From: Candidatus Omnitrophica bacterium UBA6253
GTDB lineage: Bacteria > Omnitrophota > Gorgyraeia > Gygaellales > Profunditerraquicolaceae
Direction of reading: 5' to 3'
Length of the DNA stretch: 64,000 nucleotides
Assembly: GCA_002441245.1 (NCBI GenBank)
Contig: DJVP01000011.1
Location: forward strand, 193,722-257,721
In this document: positions 51,735 through 61,081 of the stretch, piece by piece
How positions within the stretch are numbered: position 1 is the first letter of the stretch
How the letters are laid out: each line of letters opens with the position of its first letter
Position numbers and translations under genes: made by a program
The notes under the pieces: generated by a model
Seen by the model: only the letters and a program-made list of their open reading frames with translations
The model's database searches: none
What the model was told of the DNA's origin: nothing

Positions 51735-52872
51735 GATTAAAGAATTTGAAGATAAATTTCTTGTTCCCTATGCCGCCAAAAGTTGTAATTCGCTTGGCCG
51801 TGTGCATAAGGAAGAAGAGCACCCTTATCGGTCATGTTATCAGCGTGATCGCGACCGCATTATACATTCCGCAGCTTTTAGAAGATTAGAATATAAAACC
51901 CAGGTTTTTGTCAATCATGAGGGGGATTATTACCGAACCCGGCTGACCCATAGTATTGAAGTTTCCCAAATTGCCCGCACCATTGCATGGGCACTGCATT
52001 TGAATACGGATTTAACTGAAGCGATTGCCTTAGCCCACGACTTAGGGCATACCCCTTTTGGCCATTCCGGAGAAGAGGTGCTCAATGAGTTGATGGCTAA
52101 ATGCGGAGGGTTTAACCATAATTTGCAGGGCCTAAGAGTTGTGGATTATCTGGAGGAACGTTATCCGGAATTCTTAGGTTTAAATTTAAGCTGGGAGGTT
52201 AGGGAGGGGATTATAAAACATTCCTCGGTTTTTGATATAGCGGTTAAGATTAAAGAATTTATTCCTGAAAGGATGCCTTCGCTAGAGACTCAATTAGTGG
52301 ATGCCGCGGATGAAATTGCTTACGATAATCATGATCTGGATGACGGCTTGACTTCGGGGTTGATAAAGGAGAAAGACCTGGAAGGGCTTGAAATTTGGGA
52401 GAAAATAAATCGCAAAATTAACCAGAAATATGCTAAAATTGATTTACCCAGCCGCAAGTACCTGATTATCCGGGGGTTAATTGATTTACAGGTTACAGAT
52501 TTGATTCAGCATACACAAAGCATGATCTCCCGGCTTAAAATCAAAAATCATGCTGACCTGCGAAAAATTAATTATAAATTAGTAGATTTTAGCAGAGAAG
52601 TTAAACAGTTAAGAAAACCGCTTCGGCAGTTTCTTATGCAGAAGCTTTATCATCATTACAGGGTAATGCGCATGAGTATTAAAGCCAAGCGTTTTATCCG
52701 GGAGTTATTTAACGAGTATGCTGTGCGTCCGAAACAGCTACCCTCTGAAGTACAGCTTAGGATTCCCAGGGAAGGAGTAAAGCGGGTAGTCTGCGACTAT
52801 ATAGCCGGCATGACTGACCGTTATTGCCTAGATGAATACAAAAAACTATTCAACCCCTACGAAAAAGTATAG
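51721..52872 (+). CDS. dGTP triphosphohydrolase-like HD-domain protein
   Basis: 383 aa; RDRDRIIHS, AHDLGHTPFGH. Confidence 0.85.
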   Translation: MPTNKIKEFEDKFLVPYAAKSCNSLGRVHKEEEHPYRSCYQRDRDRIIHSAAFRRLEYKTQVFVNHEGDYYRTRLTHSIEVSQIARTIAWALHLNTDLTEAIALAHDLGHTPFGHSGEEVLNELMAKCGGFNHNLQGLRVVDYLEERYPEFLGLNLSWEVREGIIKHSSVFDIAVKIKEFIPERMPSLETQLVDAADEIAYDNHDLDDGLTSGLIKEKDLEGLEIWEKINRKINQKYAKIDLPSRKYLIIRGLIDLQVTDLIQHTQSMISRLKIKNHADLRKINYKLVDFSREVKQLRKPLRQFLMQKLYHHYRVMRMSIKAKRFIRELFNEYAVRPKQLPSEVQLRIPREGVKRVVCDYIAGMTDRYCLDEYKKLFNPYEKV

Positions 52873-53899
52873 ATTTTTAGTATCGGCGGTACACAGTATT
52901 TACCGTTTGCTTAACTCCACCTATGAGCTTAAGGAGTTGATCAGCCGGATGGGCAGGTTATTCTGCCAATTTTTTAATGCCCAATATTGTTTGATTGTTT
53001 TATTGGATCCAAGCAAGAAATACTCTGTTATTAAATGTTTGATTAGGGATAACAAGAAACTGATTATTGATAAAAAGACCAGGATTAGCGGCAGAGTTGA
53101 GGAAAAAATCATCAAAAGTTCATCTGCGGTCAGAAAGGGGAGTCTCCTTGGGGTTCCGCTTATCTGTGAAGATGTGCTGGGGTTTATTATTGTAAAACGC
53201 ACTAAAGTTGCCCAGCCGTTTGATAAGTTTGACCAGGAGATGCTCATGAATATGGCTGAGCAGGCGGTTATCGGTATTAAAAACCTGCAGCTTTATGAGG
53301 AACAGCAAAAAATTGTTTTTGGCAGCATTAAATCGTTGGTTACTTTGTTAAATACCCGTGTACCCCGGGAGTATACTCATTCACCGCACTTTAGTAAATT
53401 AGTTTGTGCTTTAGGTTGTGAAGTTCATCTGGGGGAAAAACAAATTGAAAGCCTTAAATACGCCAGCCTGCTGCATGATACCGGGAAAATCGATATTCCC
53501 TCGGAGATATTGACTAAAACTACTAAGCTTACCTCCGAGGAATACAATATCATCAAGAGGCATCCGGTCAAAGGCGCGCAGATTTTAAGGCCTTTACAGA
53601 TTTTACGCCCGGTTATCCCGATTATTATGCATCACCATGAGAAATATAACGGTACAGGTTATCCGTCGCATCTTAAAGGCGGGCAGATCCCTTTGTGCGC
53701 GAGGATTATGTCTGTTGCGGACGCTTTTGAAGCGATGGTTTACGGCCGGCCATACCGCCAGAGGATGGATATTGATTCAGCTGTCAGGGAAATAAAGAAA
53801 AAAAGCGGTACGCAGTTTGACCCTAAAATAGTGGATGCTTTCTTAAGGGTAATCAGGAAGTTTAATAAAAGAATTTATTTGCAACAGGATAAACCATAA
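52832..53899 (+). CDS. GAF-like / HD-GYP c-di-GMP phosphodiesterase (second paralog)
   Basis: 355 aa; HHHEKYNGTGYP; start uncertain (overlaps dgt-like by 41 nt; alternative ATG 52949). Confidence 0.78.
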   Translation: MNTKNYSTPTKKYRFLVSAVHSIYRLLNSTYELKELISRMGRLFCQFFNAQYCLIVLLDPSKKYSVIKCLIRDNKKLIIDKKTRISGRVEEKIIKSSSAVRKGSLLGVPLICEDVLGFIIVKRTKVAQPFDKFDQEMLMNMAEQAVIGIKNLQLYEEQQKIVFGSIKSLVTLLNTRVPREYTHSPHFSKLVCALGCEVHLGEKQIESLKYASLLHDTGKIDIPSEILTKTTKLTSEEYNIIKRHPVKGAQILRPLQILRPVIPIIMHHHEKYNGTGYPSHLKGGQIPLCARIMSVADAFEAMVYGRPYRQRMDIDSAVREIKKKSGTQFDPKIVDAFLRVIRKFNKRIYLQQDKP

Positions 53900-53914
53900 T
53901 TGTAGTATCTCGTC

Positions 53915-54355
53915 ATGGCAGAAAAACAGGATTATTCACAAAACGAACTTTTCACTCAAGAACTGGATAGCGGCCACTATAAGCCGCGTAATGCCCCCAA
54001 CCAGTTTTTTACACGTATTCGCAGATATGAAAAAGTATTGCTCTTAATCATGGGGATGGTTTTGCTAAGCATAATTTCTTTTTCTATGGGGGTAGAAAAG
54101 GGCAGGCATAGCGCTTTGATTTCAAATAAGGATATTGAGCCGGCATATACCATACAGGTGGCGGCTTTTAAAAACAGGAATCTTGCTTTACGCCAGGCCC
54201 AGTTGCTGGAGAGAGAAGGATTGCTCCCGTTAGTCTTTGTAAAAGGCAGTTATATTATTTTGTGCGTAGGCAAATTTCCTAATCAAGAGAGCGCGCAACC
54301 TTTGCTGATTCAACTGCAGAGAACCTACGCTGGTTGCCGCATAAGGAGGTTGTAA
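53915..54355 (+). CDS. SPOR-domain membrane protein
   Basis: 146 aa; TM plus C-terminal SPOR-like YTIQVAAFKNRNLA. Confidence 0.7.
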   Translation: MAEKQDYSQNELFTQELDSGHYKPRNAPNQFFTRIRRYEKVLLLIMGMVLLSIISFSMGVEKGRHSALISNKDIEPAYTIQVAAFKNRNLALRQAQLLEREGLLPLVFVKGSYIILCVGKFPNQESAQPLLIQLQRTYAGCRIRRL

Positions 54356-54358
54356 AAA

Positions 54359-54637
54359 ATGTCAATACATCCGTCATTAATTATTTCGGAAAAAGACAAG
54401 ATGGCCCGTTCGGTATTAAAGCGCACTGAGCGTATCAGGCAGATGCAGGAAAAAGGCAAGTGGAAAGAGGGGGATTCGGTTTATGGTTTACCGAAAATTA
54501 AAACCCTGAGGATCAAAATTAAGAAAGAGAAAGCAGTCAAAGAGGCTACTACTGAGGCCGGAGCACCAGCTGCCGGAGCAGCGGCGCCAGCGGGAAAAGA
54601 TGCAAAGGCTGCGACTAAGGCCCAAGAGAAGAAATAA
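54359..54637 (+). CDS. hypothetical small basic Lys/Ala-rich protein
   Basis: 92 aa; RBS AAGGAGG 8 nt upstream. Confidence 0.4.
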   Translation: MSIHPSLIISEKDKMARSVLKRTERIRQMQEKGKWKEGDSVYGLPKIKTLRIKIKKEKAVKEATTEAGAPAAGAAAPAGKDAKAATKAQEKK

Positions 54638-54643
54638 AATCAA

Positions 54644-55462
54644 ATGTTGTTAAATCTTAAATACAGGATAGCATTTCTTTGCCTCTTGTTTAGCCTTAGT
54701 TTTACGGGAGTTGTTTTTGCGGCCGGATTTACCGCATTTTCCGGTCAGATCAATGCGGATGATATCAATTTACGTGTTGATGCTACAGTAAGTTCAAAGG
54801 TTGTCTGTATCCTCTCTAAGGGGCAAGCAGTAGAGGTAGTTTCTGAGGTTTATGACTGGTATAAGATTCATCTCCCCAAAACTGCACCTTCTTATATAAA
54901 GAAAAACCTGGTAGAATGTATCAACAATACTCCGGATGGATGTTTTAGTGCCAAGGTGGCCGGCGATAGGGTTAATATCCGGCTTGGCCCAAGTGAATCA
55001 TCGTGGATTATTGGTAAAGTTGATAATTCAACAGTAGTAAATATTATTCAAGATGAAGGCAGTTGGTATAAGATCGAACCAGTATATCAAAGCTATGGCT
55101 GGGTTAATAAGAAATTTATCAGTAAAGAGATGGTTGTGCCTGAAGAAAATAAGGGGCCAGCCGTTGCTCTTCAGCCTGTGGCTTTGGCAACTGGAAGCCA
55201 AACCACTGCTACCCAGCAGGTTGTACAGGGGGCTGAACAATTGGTTGTTGAAGGTACTGTCAGCCCGTATGGAGTGGTCTTATGGCGTAAGGCAACCCAT
55301 AAGTTAATTACTGATAACAATGAAGTGTATTTTCTAAAAGGCAACCGAAAAGGCATGGACAGTCTCAATTACCGTAAGGTTAAGGTTACCGGTAAATTAA
55401 TCAGCCCAAAGAATAGCAGGCGTCCAATTATTGAAGTAGATATTATCGAGGTATTGAAATGA
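54644..55462 (+). CDS. secreted bacterial SH3-domain (SH3b) protein
   Basis: 272 aa; signal peptide; two SH3b-like repeats. Confidence 0.6.
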   Translation: MLLNLKYRIAFLCLLFSLSFTGVVFAAGFTAFSGQINADDINLRVDATVSSKVVCILSKGQAVEVVSEVYDWYKIHLPKTAPSYIKKNLVECINNTPDGCFSAKVAGDRVNIRLGPSESSWIIGKVDNSTVVNIIQDEGSWYKIEPVYQSYGWVNKKFISKEMVVPEENKGPAVALQPVALATGSQTTATQQVVQGAEQLVVEGTVSPYGVVLWRKATHKLITDNNEVYFLKGNRKGMDSLNYRKVKVTGKLISPKNSRRPIIEVDIIEVLK

Positions 55463-56088
55463 GCCTTCCGCAGTTAGTTATATCATTTGCCGTATCATTT
55501 GCGCTTTTATTGATTGCGATGACTGTGCATGAATTCGCGCATGGTCTGGCTGCCTATAAGTTAGGTGATTCTACGGCCAGATTTTCCGGCAGGCTTACCT
55601 TAAATCCGTTGGCGCATATTGATCCCTTTTGGACTATACTTCTGCCGCTCATGCTTTTTCTGTCCAGTTCCGGGCATTTTGTTTTTGGGGCTGCCAAGCC
55701 TGTGCCTATAGACTACCGGGCATTAAAGAATCCCAAAAGGGATATAATCTGGATAGGCCTAAGCGGCCCATTGGCCAATCTTATCCTGGCGTTTGTTATT
55801 GCCCAGGTGCTAAAATTTATCCCGCTTTCGGGTATCCCTGTTTACCTGCTTTTAAATTTACTTTTGATCAATGTTGTTTTAGCTCTATTTAATTTGATTC
55901 CGATACCACCGTTAGACGGCTCGCGTGTTTTGATGGGGTTATTGCCTGAAAGCTTGTCACGGCAATATATCAGTTTTGAGCGCTATGGTTTTCTTGTCCT
56001 TTTTGCGTTAATTTGGCTGGGGGCATTTGATCATTTTCTTTGGCCGATGGTGGCTTTAGTAGTTAGGCTGATGGGAGTAGGTTCTTAA
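55459..56088 (+). CDS. M50-family (site-2 protease) zinc metalloprotease
   Basis: 209 aa; HEFAHGLAAY HExxH in TM. Confidence 0.8.
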   Translation: MSLPQLVISFAVSFALLLIAMTVHEFAHGLAAYKLGDSTARFSGRLTLNPLAHIDPFWTILLPLMLFLSSSGHFVFGAAKPVPIDYRALKNPKRDIIWIGLSGPLANLILAFVIAQVLKFIPLSGIPVYLLLNLLLINVVLALFNLIPIPPLDGSRVLMGLLPESLSRQYISFERYGFLVLFALIWLGAFDHFLWPMVALVVRLMGVGS

Positions 56089-57174
56089 ATGCACAAAGTA
56101 AAAGTTAATTTAGGTAAACGATCATACGACATAATTATCGGGAAGCTTATTTTTAAAAGATTAACTAATTATTTACGTAGATTAAATGTCGGTTCAGATG
56201 CCTATATTATTACCAATGCATTATTAAAAAATAAGTATGGCGCGATCCTGTCGAAGGTTTTATTAAAGGCTGGTTTTGGCTGCCGTTTTAAGATCGTCCT
56301 GGACAGCGAGAGAAGTAAATCACTAGCGAGTGCTGGAAACGTAATTAAGGATCTGGCCAAGTTTGACCAGAAAAGGAAAGTTTTTATTATTGCTTTTGGG
56401 GGCGGAGTGGTAGGCGATCTGTCTGGTTTTATTGCTTCAGTATATAAACGGGGGGTTGCTTATGTGCAGATCCCTACGACTTTATTGGCTCAGGTGGATT
56501 CGGCTATCGGTGGAAAAACTGCGGTTGACCTGGATCTAGGCAAGAACTTAGTCGGTGCGTTTTATCAGCCTCGGCTTGTATTTAGCGAAATCGATTTTTT
56601 AAAAACCCTGGATAAACGGCAGATCGCCTCAGGAATGGCAGAGGTAATTAAGTACGCTATTATCAAGGATAATAATTTATTTTGCTACCTGGAAACTAAG
56701 CACGGGGATGTCTTTAATGCCGATCCTGCGGTGTTAGAAAATATAATCAGTTCCTGCAGTAGGATTAAGGCGACAATAGCCGGCCGGGATGAGAAAGAGG
56801 TATCAGGTTTAAGGACGATTTTAAACTTTGGCCATACGATTGGCCATGCCATTGAATCTGCCTGTGGTTACAAGGGCTATAATCATGGTGAGGCAGTGGC
56901 CCTGGGGATGGTAGTAGTTTCAAATTTGAGTTGCAGGTTAGGGTTTATTGATGAAAGGCTAGCCCTGCGTATTGAGAATTTAATCAAGCTTTATGGCTTG
57001 CCTGTAAAATTAAAAGGCATATCTATTGGTAAGATCATTAATGCCTATTATCATGACAAGAAGTTTGTCGGTAAACAAAACAGGCTGGTTTTGATCCGCG
57101 GGATTGCCAAGCCCATACTAGTATCAGATGTCGCGCTTGATTTGATAAAAGAGGCGATTAGAAAAATTGTCTGA
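56089..57174 (+). CDS. aroB: 3-dehydroquinate synthase
   Basis: 361 aa; FGGGVVGDLSGF. Confidence 0.9.
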   Translation: MHKVKVNLGKRSYDIIIGKLIFKRLTNYLRRLNVGSDAYIITNALLKNKYGAILSKVLLKAGFGCRFKIVLDSERSKSLASAGNVIKDLAKFDQKRKVFIIAFGGGVVGDLSGFIASVYKRGVAYVQIPTTLLAQVDSAIGGKTAVDLDLGKNLVGAFYQPRLVFSEIDFLKTLDKRQIASGMAEVIKYAIIKDNNLFCYLETKHGDVFNADPAVLENIISSCSRIKATIAGRDEKEVSGLRTILNFGHTIGHAIESACGYKGYNHGEAVALGMVVVSNLSCRLGFIDERLALRIENLIKLYGLPVKLKGISIGKIINAYYHDKKFVGKQNRLVLIRGIAKPILVSDVALDLIKEAIRKIV

Positions 57175-57178
57175 CCTT

Positions 57179-57661
57179 CTATCTATTGGTGGAAAGAGTG
57201 ATAATATTTCCTTGGTTATTTAACTCCACCGTATTTTCCGTAATCTTTTCTACTTTTGCCCCGTCAACAGAATCATCTTCCCTAACGATCTGGTTATTTA
57301 CTAAGGCATAACCGTCATTGTCGGAAAAGAATATTCCGTTTAAAATAAAGTTTTTTTCCGGTTTGTCCTGTACTTCAGGCAGGGGGGATAGCGTAACGGC
57401 AGGCAATGTTTGCGCAGCTTCCGGTTTCTGGCCTAATGTTGGGATTGTTTTATCCGGCCCCTGGAATGCAATAGGCGGTTCAACCTTACGGTTGATGGCC
57501 ACAAATATAAAGCTGCTCAGGGACAGGCCGATAACAAATATTAAAATATAAAATAGATAAGCATTAAACCGTGGTTTCTTATTCAATCCGGAAGTTTCTT
57601 TAAGCGAATTCTTTTGGATAGATTCTTCAGTTTTCTTTAACGCCTCGTTAATTATGCTCAT
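57179..57661 (-). CDS. GspB-like membrane protein (ExeA partner)
   Basis: 160 aa; N-terminal TM; downstream of exeA on the minus strand. Confidence 0.45.
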   Translation of the reverse strand: MSIINEALKKTEESIQKNSLKETSGLNKKPRFNAYLFYILIFVIGLSLSSFIFVAINRKVEPPIAFQGPDKTIPTLGQKPEAAQTLPAVTLSPLPEVQDKPEKNFILNGIFFSDNDGYALVNNQIVREDDSVDGAKVEKITENTVELNNQGNIITLSTNR

Positions 57662-57664
57662 AAA

Positions 57665-58486
57665 TTAACCTGTTTTAACCGAATAGCTGTCCAGCTCATC
57701 GAGGCATCTTTTTATAATATTAAAGTCTATATGGCTAGTTTCTGTGACAAAACCGGCTAGGAGCGCACGGTCGCAGATCATATTGATCAGCCTGGGTGTT
57801 CCTCCGGAAAAACGGCTTATTGAATTAATGGCCTCATCGCTGAATTCAATCTTGCTCTTTGCCCCGGCGACCTTCAGGCGGTGGTTTATATAAGATCTTA
57901 TTTCGTCTTCATCAAGCGGGCCGATATGATACCTAACCATGATCCTTTGGCGCAACTGCCTTAAATCATATAAATTGATCCGCTTGTTTAATTCCGGCTG
58001 GCCCACTAAAATTACCTGAAGCAGTTTATCCTTTTCTGTCTCTAAATTTGAAAGCAGGCGTATTTGTTCAAGCAGATTTGGTTTTAAGTTTTGCGCCTCG
58101 TCTATAATAAGTACCAGATTGTTTCCTGCATTCGATTCTTGCAGCAGGAAATTATTTAATTCCCAGACTATTTCCAGTTTAGTCTTGCCCCTGGAAGGGA
58201 TTCCGAAATCTTTAATAATTGATTCAAGGAGCTGGTTTTCGGAGAAGGCGGGGTTTAGGATAAAAGCTGTTTTTACGTTTTTATCTACATGGTTTAAGAA
58301 GAAGCGGCAGATGGTTGTTTTGCCGGTGCCGATTTCTCCGGTTAGAACAATTATTCCCTTTCTTTGGGAGACCCCATAAAGCAAGTGAGATATGGCTTCT
58401 TTATGTCCTTTACTAGAGAAAAAGAAGGCGGGGTCGCTGGTAACATTGAAAGGCCTTTCTTTTAATCCGTAAAATTGGCAGTACAT
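57665..58486 (-). CDS. ExeA/GspA/MshM-like AAA ATPase
   Basis: 273 aa; FYGLKERPF N-terminus; GEIGTGKTT P-loop. Confidence 0.8.
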   Translation of the reverse strand: MYCQFYGLKERPFNVTSDPAFFFSSKGHKEAISHLLYGVSQRKGIIVLTGEIGTGKTTICRFFLNHVDKNVKTAFILNPAFSENQLLESIIKDFGIPSRGKTKLEIVWELNNFLLQESNAGNNLVLIIDEAQNLKPNLLEQIRLLSNLETEKDKLLQVILVGQPELNKRINLYDLRQLRQRIMVRYHIGPLDEDEIRSYINHRLKVAGAKSKIEFSDEAINSISRFSGGTPRLINMICDRALLAGFVTETSHIDFNIIKRCLDELDSYSVKTG

Positions 58487-58503
58487 TGATTCACCTCCCG
58501 GTT

Positions 58504-58563
58504 ATTATAGCAGGAATGCAAAGTTTGTAAAGTATTGACATATTTATAAATATGTGTTATATT
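58504..58563. promoter_or_regulatory. back-to-back divergent sigma70-like promoters
   Basis: Minus strand: TTTACA (58526-31 rc) -16- TATAAT (58504-09 rc) for exeA; plus strand: TTGACA 58535-40 -17- TATATT 58558-63 for the PilZ operon. Confidence 0.5.
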
Positions 58564-58617
58564 TTCTTTCAAGAGGCGAGAAAAATAGTTACGGTTTTAC
58601 TAAAAAAGAATGTATAA

Positions 58618-58962
58618 ATGGCCACTTTAGGGCAATCAAAAGAAAATCGTTGTTTCCCCCGGGTTGATTTCCACTCACAGATACGTTATCAGCTCAGGGG
58701 CAAGCCGGATTTCGACAATGTTCTCAGCAATGATATCAGTTGCGGCGGGTTAAGGTTTACCAGCGATAGATTTATTCCAACTTCTACGGTGGTAATGCTT
58801 GAGGTCAATGTTTTAAACCGTGTGCTCAGGCCTGTTGGCAAGGTGGCCTGGTCAACCCCTCTGGCGCATTCTGATCGCAATCAAACCGGCGTAGAGTTTA
58901 TGGAGTTTAATAAGCTGGAAAGAAACTATCTTAGGGATTTTGTAAACATGCAGCTAGGTTGA
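58618..58962 (+). CDS. PilZ-domain protein
   Basis: 114 aa; RxxxR (RCFPR) and DISCGG motifs. Confidence 0.72.
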   Translation: MATLGQSKENRCFPRVDFHSQIRYQLRGKPDFDNVLSNDISCGGLRFTSDRFIPTSTVVMLEVNVLNRVLRPVGKVAWSTPLAHSDRNQTGVEFMEFNKLERNYLRDFVNMQLG

Positions 58963-58993
58963 GTTTTTAATTAAAATGAAAGGAATATTATAA

Positions 58994-59191
58994 ATGGCAC
59001 CTGAAGCAGTTAAAGAAACGCAAACGGAAGCAAAGCCTAAGGCAGAAAAACAAACTAATTGCCTGGCCTGTAATAAGCTGATTAAGAAATTAAAGAAATA
59101 TTACCGTAACGGCAAGTTTTATTGCAGCAAGAAATGCTGGCGCGCCTTTATTGAGAAAAGTAAAGCAGAGGGTGGAGCAGAGAAGAAATAA
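58994..59191 (+). CDS. small zinc-ribbon protein (TRASH-like Cx2C-x17-Cx3C)
   Basis: 65 aa; CLAC...CSKKC. Confidence 0.45.
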   Translation: MAPEAVKETQTEAKPKAEKQTNCLACNKLIKKLKKYYRNGKFYCSKKCWRAFIEKSKAEGGAEKK

Positions 59192-59538
59192 TGAAAAGCG
59201 TCAAAGAACGCAGGATTCATCCGCGCTTAGAGCACAAATTACCGTTTAACGTTGCTGTTAACGGCTATGATTTTTCTACTACTACGCATAATATCAGCTG
59301 TGTAGGTGCTTATTGCCATCTAGATAAATATATCCCGCCTTTTACTAAAATTTCCGTTAAGTTAAGCCTGCCCGGTAAGGTTAAAGCTGATAAAAATGCT
59401 ATTGTTGAATGTAAGGGGGTAGTCGTAAGGAGCGAAGACGAAATCAGGGGCGGGTTTAACATCGCTATATTTTTTAATCAGATGCGCAATGAGCAACGTA
59501 AAAAGATCGCTGCTTACATAAGCCAGTTCTTGCATTAA
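59191..59538 (+). CDS. PilZ-domain protein (second)
   Basis: 115 aa; RIHPR and ISCVGA; start overlaps upstream stop (TAATG). Confidence 0.68.
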   Translation: MKSVKERRIHPRLEHKLPFNVAVNGYDFSTTTHNISCVGAYCHLDKYIPPFTKISVKLSLPGKVKADKNAIVECKGVVVRSEDEIRGGFNIAIFFNQMRNEQRKKIAAYISQFLH

Positions 59539-59556
59539 CCACTGTTTCTCTAATAT

Positions 59557-60120
59557 ATGGCTTTGGCTGTTAGCAAGTCAAGGCATGGTTTATCTATCCA
59601 CTTGGGAAAAGCCAGAAAATACAATCATAAGGTTAAGCTTATCATGGGCTTCATCTATAAAGATGAGGCTATTTTTATCAAAGTCAGGGATAAGTTAAAA
59701 AGAAAGTTCGGCAGGATTGATTTTCAGCCGGGCCCTCTTGATTTTAATTCCACGGATTATTACAAGAAAGAGATGGGGCCCGGGCTAAAAAGAAGATTTA
59801 TCAGTTTCAGCAAATTAATCCTTATGCAGGATTTATACCGTATCAAGCTTTATACAAACCGCCTCGAAGCAGAATTCTTAGCCTCCTCCGGTGAGCGCCA
59901 GGTGAATATTGATCCAGGGTATTTGGATTTAGCTAAATTAGTGCTTGCTTCGACCAAGGATTACGCGCACAGGATCTATTTACGCAAAGGTGTCTTTGCA
60001 GAAGTAACACTAAATTATCGAGGCAATTCATTTTCTCCGAATGATTGGACTTATCCGGATTATCGCAGTCACGAGTATGCTGACATCTTTAATAAAATCA
60101 GGGGGCTTTATATCCCATAA
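59557..60120 (+). CDS. hypothetical protein (DUF4416-like)
   Basis: 187 aa; alternative ATG at 59644. Confidence 0.4.
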   Translation: MALAVSKSRHGLSIHLGKARKYNHKVKLIMGFIYKDEAIFIKVRDKLKRKFGRIDFQPGPLDFNSTDYYKKEMGPGLKRRFISFSKLILMQDLYRIKLYTNRLEAEFLASSGERQVNIDPGYLDLAKLVLASTKDYAHRIYLRKGVFAEVTLNYRGNSFSPNDWTYPDYRSHEYADIFNKIRGLYIP

Positions 60121-61079
60121 TGTTAAATTATCCATCATATCTTAAGGCTGGCATAAACGGAAAATTAAAGGTAATTGCTGAACAGCTTTTTAACAGCCTT
60201 GAATCGTGCGATATCTGTCCCCGGCGTTGCAAGGTTGACCGGCTTGGAAATAAGATTGGGTTTTGTAAGACCGCAAGGTTGCCTAAGGTTTACAGTTATA
60301 TGTGCCATCACGGAGAAGAACCTCCCGTTTCAGGTATTAGCGGTAGCGGAACGATATTCTTTAGCAATTGCAACATGAACTGCGTATATTGCCAGAATTA
60401 TGAGTTCAGCCAATTAGGCAAGGGCAGGGAGTATGAATTTGGGGAATTGGCGCAGGTAATGTTGGCTCTGCAGGAATCAGGTTGCCACAATATCAACCTG
60501 GTTACGCCTACGCATGTTTTACCGCAAATACTCAAAGCCTTGGAGATTGCTATTGCGCAGGGGTTAAATATCCCATTGGTTTATAATACCGGCGGATATG
60601 AATTGGCCCAAACCTTAAGGTTGCTTGATGGAATAATTGATATATACCTTGCGGATATGAGGTATGCGGATAACATGATCTCGCAGAAGTTTTCATCTGC
60701 CCCGGATTATCCGCGATACAATCAGGAGGCAATAAAAGAGATGCATCGGCAGGTAGGCCCGGCAGAGTTTGATAAAGACGGGTTAATCAGAAGAGGTTTG
60801 ATTATAAGGCACCTAGTATTGCCGAATCAGGCTTCCGGGACAGATAAAATTATGCAATTTGTCGCTAAGGATATTTCTGAAGATACTTATATTAGCTTAA
60901 TGAGCCAGTATCTGCCTTATTATAAAGCCTCCGGTTATCCGGAAATCAGCCGCCGCCTGAAAAATGATGAATATGAAGAGGCAAAAAGAATATTAGGGCG
61001 ATGCAATCTGCTCAATGGGTGGATCCAGGAATCTTACGGTTCAGAGCGTTTTGCCGGAGTAAATATCAGACCTGTTTAA
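60120..61079 (+). CDS. radical SAM enzyme, PflA-like (AmmeMemoRadiSam-system-type)
   Basis: 319 aa; CNMNCVYC CxxxCxxC; N-terminal CDICPRRC...C. Confidence 0.8.
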   Translation: MLNYPSYLKAGINGKLKVIAEQLFNSLESCDICPRRCKVDRLGNKIGFCKTARLPKVYSYMCHHGEEPPVSGISGSGTIFFSNCNMNCVYCQNYEFSQLGKGREYEFGELAQVMLALQESGCHNINLVTPTHVLPQILKALEIAIAQGLNIPLVYNTGGYELAQTLRLLDGIIDIYLADMRYADNMISQKFSSAPDYPRYNQEAIKEMHRQVGPAEFDKDGLIRRGLIIRHLVLPNQASGTDKIMQFVAKDISEDTYISLMSQYLPYYKASGYPEISRRLKNDEYEEAKRILGRCNLLNGWIQESYGSERFAGVNIRPV

Positions 61080-61081
61080 AT

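Noticed and set aside
55053-55892. Alternative-frame ORFs 55053-55307 and 55629-55892
   Set aside because: They are embedded in the SH3b and M50 protease genes in other frames; no independent support.
61001-61081. Longer start (61001) for the DUF2062-like gene and 61981 start for gpmA, 62774 start for desulforedoxin, 27043 start for the lipoyl-domain protein
   Set aside because: These upstream extensions overlap neighbouring genes or have atypical N-termini; internal ATGs with an RBS and canonical N-termini fit better.
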